Of a stretch of DNA of 64,000 nt, positions 60,881 through 64,000 are shown one piece after another. A program made the translations under genes and the position numbers. The stretch comes from Octopus sinensis. Its lineage: Eukaryota. Each line of letters starts with the position of its first letter. Within the stretch, counting starts at the first letter, position 1. Where the stretch lies: contig NW_021833046.1 in NCBI RefSeq assembly GCF_006345805.1, positions 22,859 through 86,858 of the forward strand, written 5' to 3'. The notes below the pieces were generated by a model. The model was not told the DNA's origin and ran no database searches. It saw nothing but the letters and a program-made list of their open reading frames with translations.

Positions 60881-61287
60881 TGTAATATATATATTCACAT
60901 ACACAGATGTTCATTTGTGTATATAAAAATTTTATATACACACGCATTTATATTACATATATATATAACCAGGCCAGTATAGACACTTACATATTAACAC
61001 AAATGCACACTTTTAATGTATGAACATATATTCATACAGAACTAGGCAAGATCATTTGTTTCTCTCAGATGTGTATGTAAGTACAGTGACTTTCAACTCT
61101 CAGTAAGAGATGTGTGATTTCTCTTTAACAGTTAAGTAGTTCAATATTTAATAATATTTCATGAGATATTATTTAAAAATGCCTAATGCTAAATATTCTT
61201 TCTTTAAAAAAATCTGAAGGAATATTTTTATAGAAATACTGTCTCATATACATGCACATATGCATATATGTATATAGATAGATGTGC

Positions 61288-61344
<57 letters not shown>

Positions 61345-61638
61345 TATATATATATATGCTACATATATACACATACACATATGTATGCAAATATATATAT
61401 ATATATATATATATACCACATATATATACATATCTATATATATACACTTGTATATGTATACACATATACATATACATACATATGTATATATATATATATA
61501 TTATTTACAAATATGTACATTTATGTAAATCTTTTGATTTGGATTAAAGTTTATAAAAGAGGAGTGACTAGGGTATAAAAATATATATACACAAATATAT
61601 ATATATACAATGCTTATATATATATATATACATACACA

Positions 61639-61676
<38 letters not shown>

Positions 61677-61689
61677 CATATATATATAT

Positions 61690-61722
<33 letters not shown>

Positions 61723-61881
61723 ATACATGCACAAACGCACATACATATATATATGTATATATTTATTGTGTGTGTATATATATATATATATATATCTACA
61801 TACATACATATATTCATATATATATATACATCATACATACATATATTCATATATATATATACATACATACATACATATATT

Positions 61882-61918
<37 letters not shown>

Positions 61919-61919
61919 A

Positions 61920-61966
<47 letters not shown>

Positions 61967-62409
61967 TACAAAATAAGCATTTATTGTGTTCAATAGACAG
62001 GTTATCTGAATATTGTTTGAAAAATGTTGTCAGCAGGCTCTTTGAAGAAACATGACTACTATTATATCTCTATCATGTGCCATCTACCTCTCCTCTGAGG
62101 CCTCACCATCAACAAATTTTTAGATATTGGAATCAGCATCCATGTTTATTGATTTCTAGTATGAGCGCAAGGCCACACATTTGATGGGAATTGCAGTGTC
62201 CCAGTAATTGACTAGTACATTATTTGATTGAGCTCCCTCAGTGGGGATTTTAATTCAGAATGTAAGGGTTCATAACTACATACTTCAAGACATTTTGTCT
62301 ATTGCTCTATAGATTGTGTCATGCTTAGATCATACCACTGTGTGTGTTTATATATATATAGATACCAAATACACACATATGTATGTATGCATGTATGTAT
62401 GTATGTATG

Positions 62410-62441
<32 letters not shown>

Positions 62442-62442
62442 G

Positions 62443-62499
<57 letters not shown>

Positions 62500-63396
62500 A
62501 TATATATATGTGGGATATTAAATGTATATATATATGGTGTATATATATATATCTATATATATATATAATGTGTATATATATTCATATATATTTATACACA
62601 TGCACACAAACACAAACATATAAATAAGTAATGTCGTGCAATGAAAATGAGTGGATAAAGATTCTTTATTTGTTTATTAAGGCTACCATTGGTTTCATGT
62701 GAAGGAAATATTTCAATGCCTTAACAATTTTTCAAGCTGATCACATGGAGAAGTTGGTGTTTATCTCCATTTTGGATTAAAATTGATTTTCTTAACATGA
62801 AACCAATGATAGCCTTAATATGAAAATAAAGTATACATACATATATATACACACACACACACACACACATACACATTTCAATGATGTCTACCATCTCGTC
62901 CATCCATATATACACTTTACTACTCATCTTGCTTTTCGTCTCCCTTTCATTTTCAGCATTAATTAAGCAATTTCTCTGTCCCCAAAAATGTTTTTAAAGG
63001 CAACGTCAATTTTCTAGATCCAGAGTTATCACAGTTACGGACATATTAAAACAAATTGAAAGCCTGCCATCTTTAAATCCATTCTACACATATACAATCC
63101 CAAGTATATTGTACTATACTCATATACATACATCACTTTTTGTGTATATGTTTGTGAGTCTTTCTGCCCCTGCCCCTTTTTGCCTCTCTTTGTGTTTCTC
63201 TCCTATACAAACTCATGGGCATTATACTATAATTCACATTTGTTTATACACACACACTCACACACCTTTTGAAGCCCACAAACAATTATATCTCTAAATA
63301 TGCACATATACTAAAACTACATGTGCAGTTGGGTAGACATATGTTGGTGAACTATGACCTTGCATTTCATTATCCATGCTAACTGATATCCTTTAA

Positions 63397-63454
<58 letters not shown>

Positions 63455-63458
63455 CTAC

Positions 63459-63489
<31 letters not shown>

Positions 63490-63490
63490 C

Positions 63491-63534
<44 letters not shown>

Positions 63535-64000
63535 TATTAGTTAATCAATTCAAACATAGTCAGATCTTCATATTACATTTTTGTACTTTTACAATTTTAC
63601 AATATTACACATTACAATATTACAAGTAGTTTCATGCTTTATAACAATCTTCAGGTAAGTGCTTGTGTTGTAGCAATATCAATCAGGTAAAGCACTTCAC
63701 ATTAGACAATTGTGTTAACAATTGTTGAATGTGAAGTGCAATAACTGTTTGTTAATACTGCTGCTACAGTCACACTTACTTTCTTGAAGATCCTTATAAA
63801 TTATAAATGTACTTGTCATATTGTAACACATAGTATAGGAAAATTGTAAAAATATGAAATAAAATAAAATATGAAAATCATATTATGTTGGAACCTGTAC
63901 ACAATTTTACAAACCCTGAACAATATATATATCTATATATATATATATATATATACATATATACATATATACATATATACATATATATACATATATATAA

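Noticed and set aside
57500-62630. Dozens of long Y/I/M/C/H-rich ORFs, up to 220 aa
   Set aside because: Translations of (TA)n/(TG)n microsatellites, which happen to lack stops; there are overlapping ORFs in all frames.

Overview
AT-rich, repeat-dense eukaryotic genomic DNA, most likely an octopus (coleoid cephalopod); this is inferred from recognisable SINE and microsatellite families, not proven. One complete protein-coding gene could be assembled by hand: a 12-exon, + strand gene (ATG 13047 to TAA 46394, 1086 nt, 361 aa, all introns GT-AG and phase-consistent). It encodes an Ldh_2-family NAD(P)-dependent oxidoreductase (type 2 malate/L-lactate dehydrogenase; ComC/AllD/DpkA/YjmC-like). Most of the rest is transposon-derived: Tc1/mariner relics, CR1/L2-like and RTE-like LINE fragments, at least four SINE-like families, non-autonomous Helitrons, MITEs and foldbacks, and very long (TA)n/(CAT)n microsatellite fields. 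Nearly all ORFs in the supplied track are repeat or microsatellite artefacts. The most interesting non-coding signals are two minus-strand type I hammerhead-ribozyme motifs of the Penelope-associated minimal kind (1721-1813; 11287-11350). Also notable are several long inverted repeats inside intron 1 (possible dsRNA/ADAR substrates), a 252-bp near-identical duplication upstream of two different exons, an RTE relic with a twin-priming-like inversion, and a Helitron sitting between two copies of a 181-bp repeat. No CRISPR array, rRNA or genuine tRNA gene was found, and no wholly new system can be claimed from the sequence alone.
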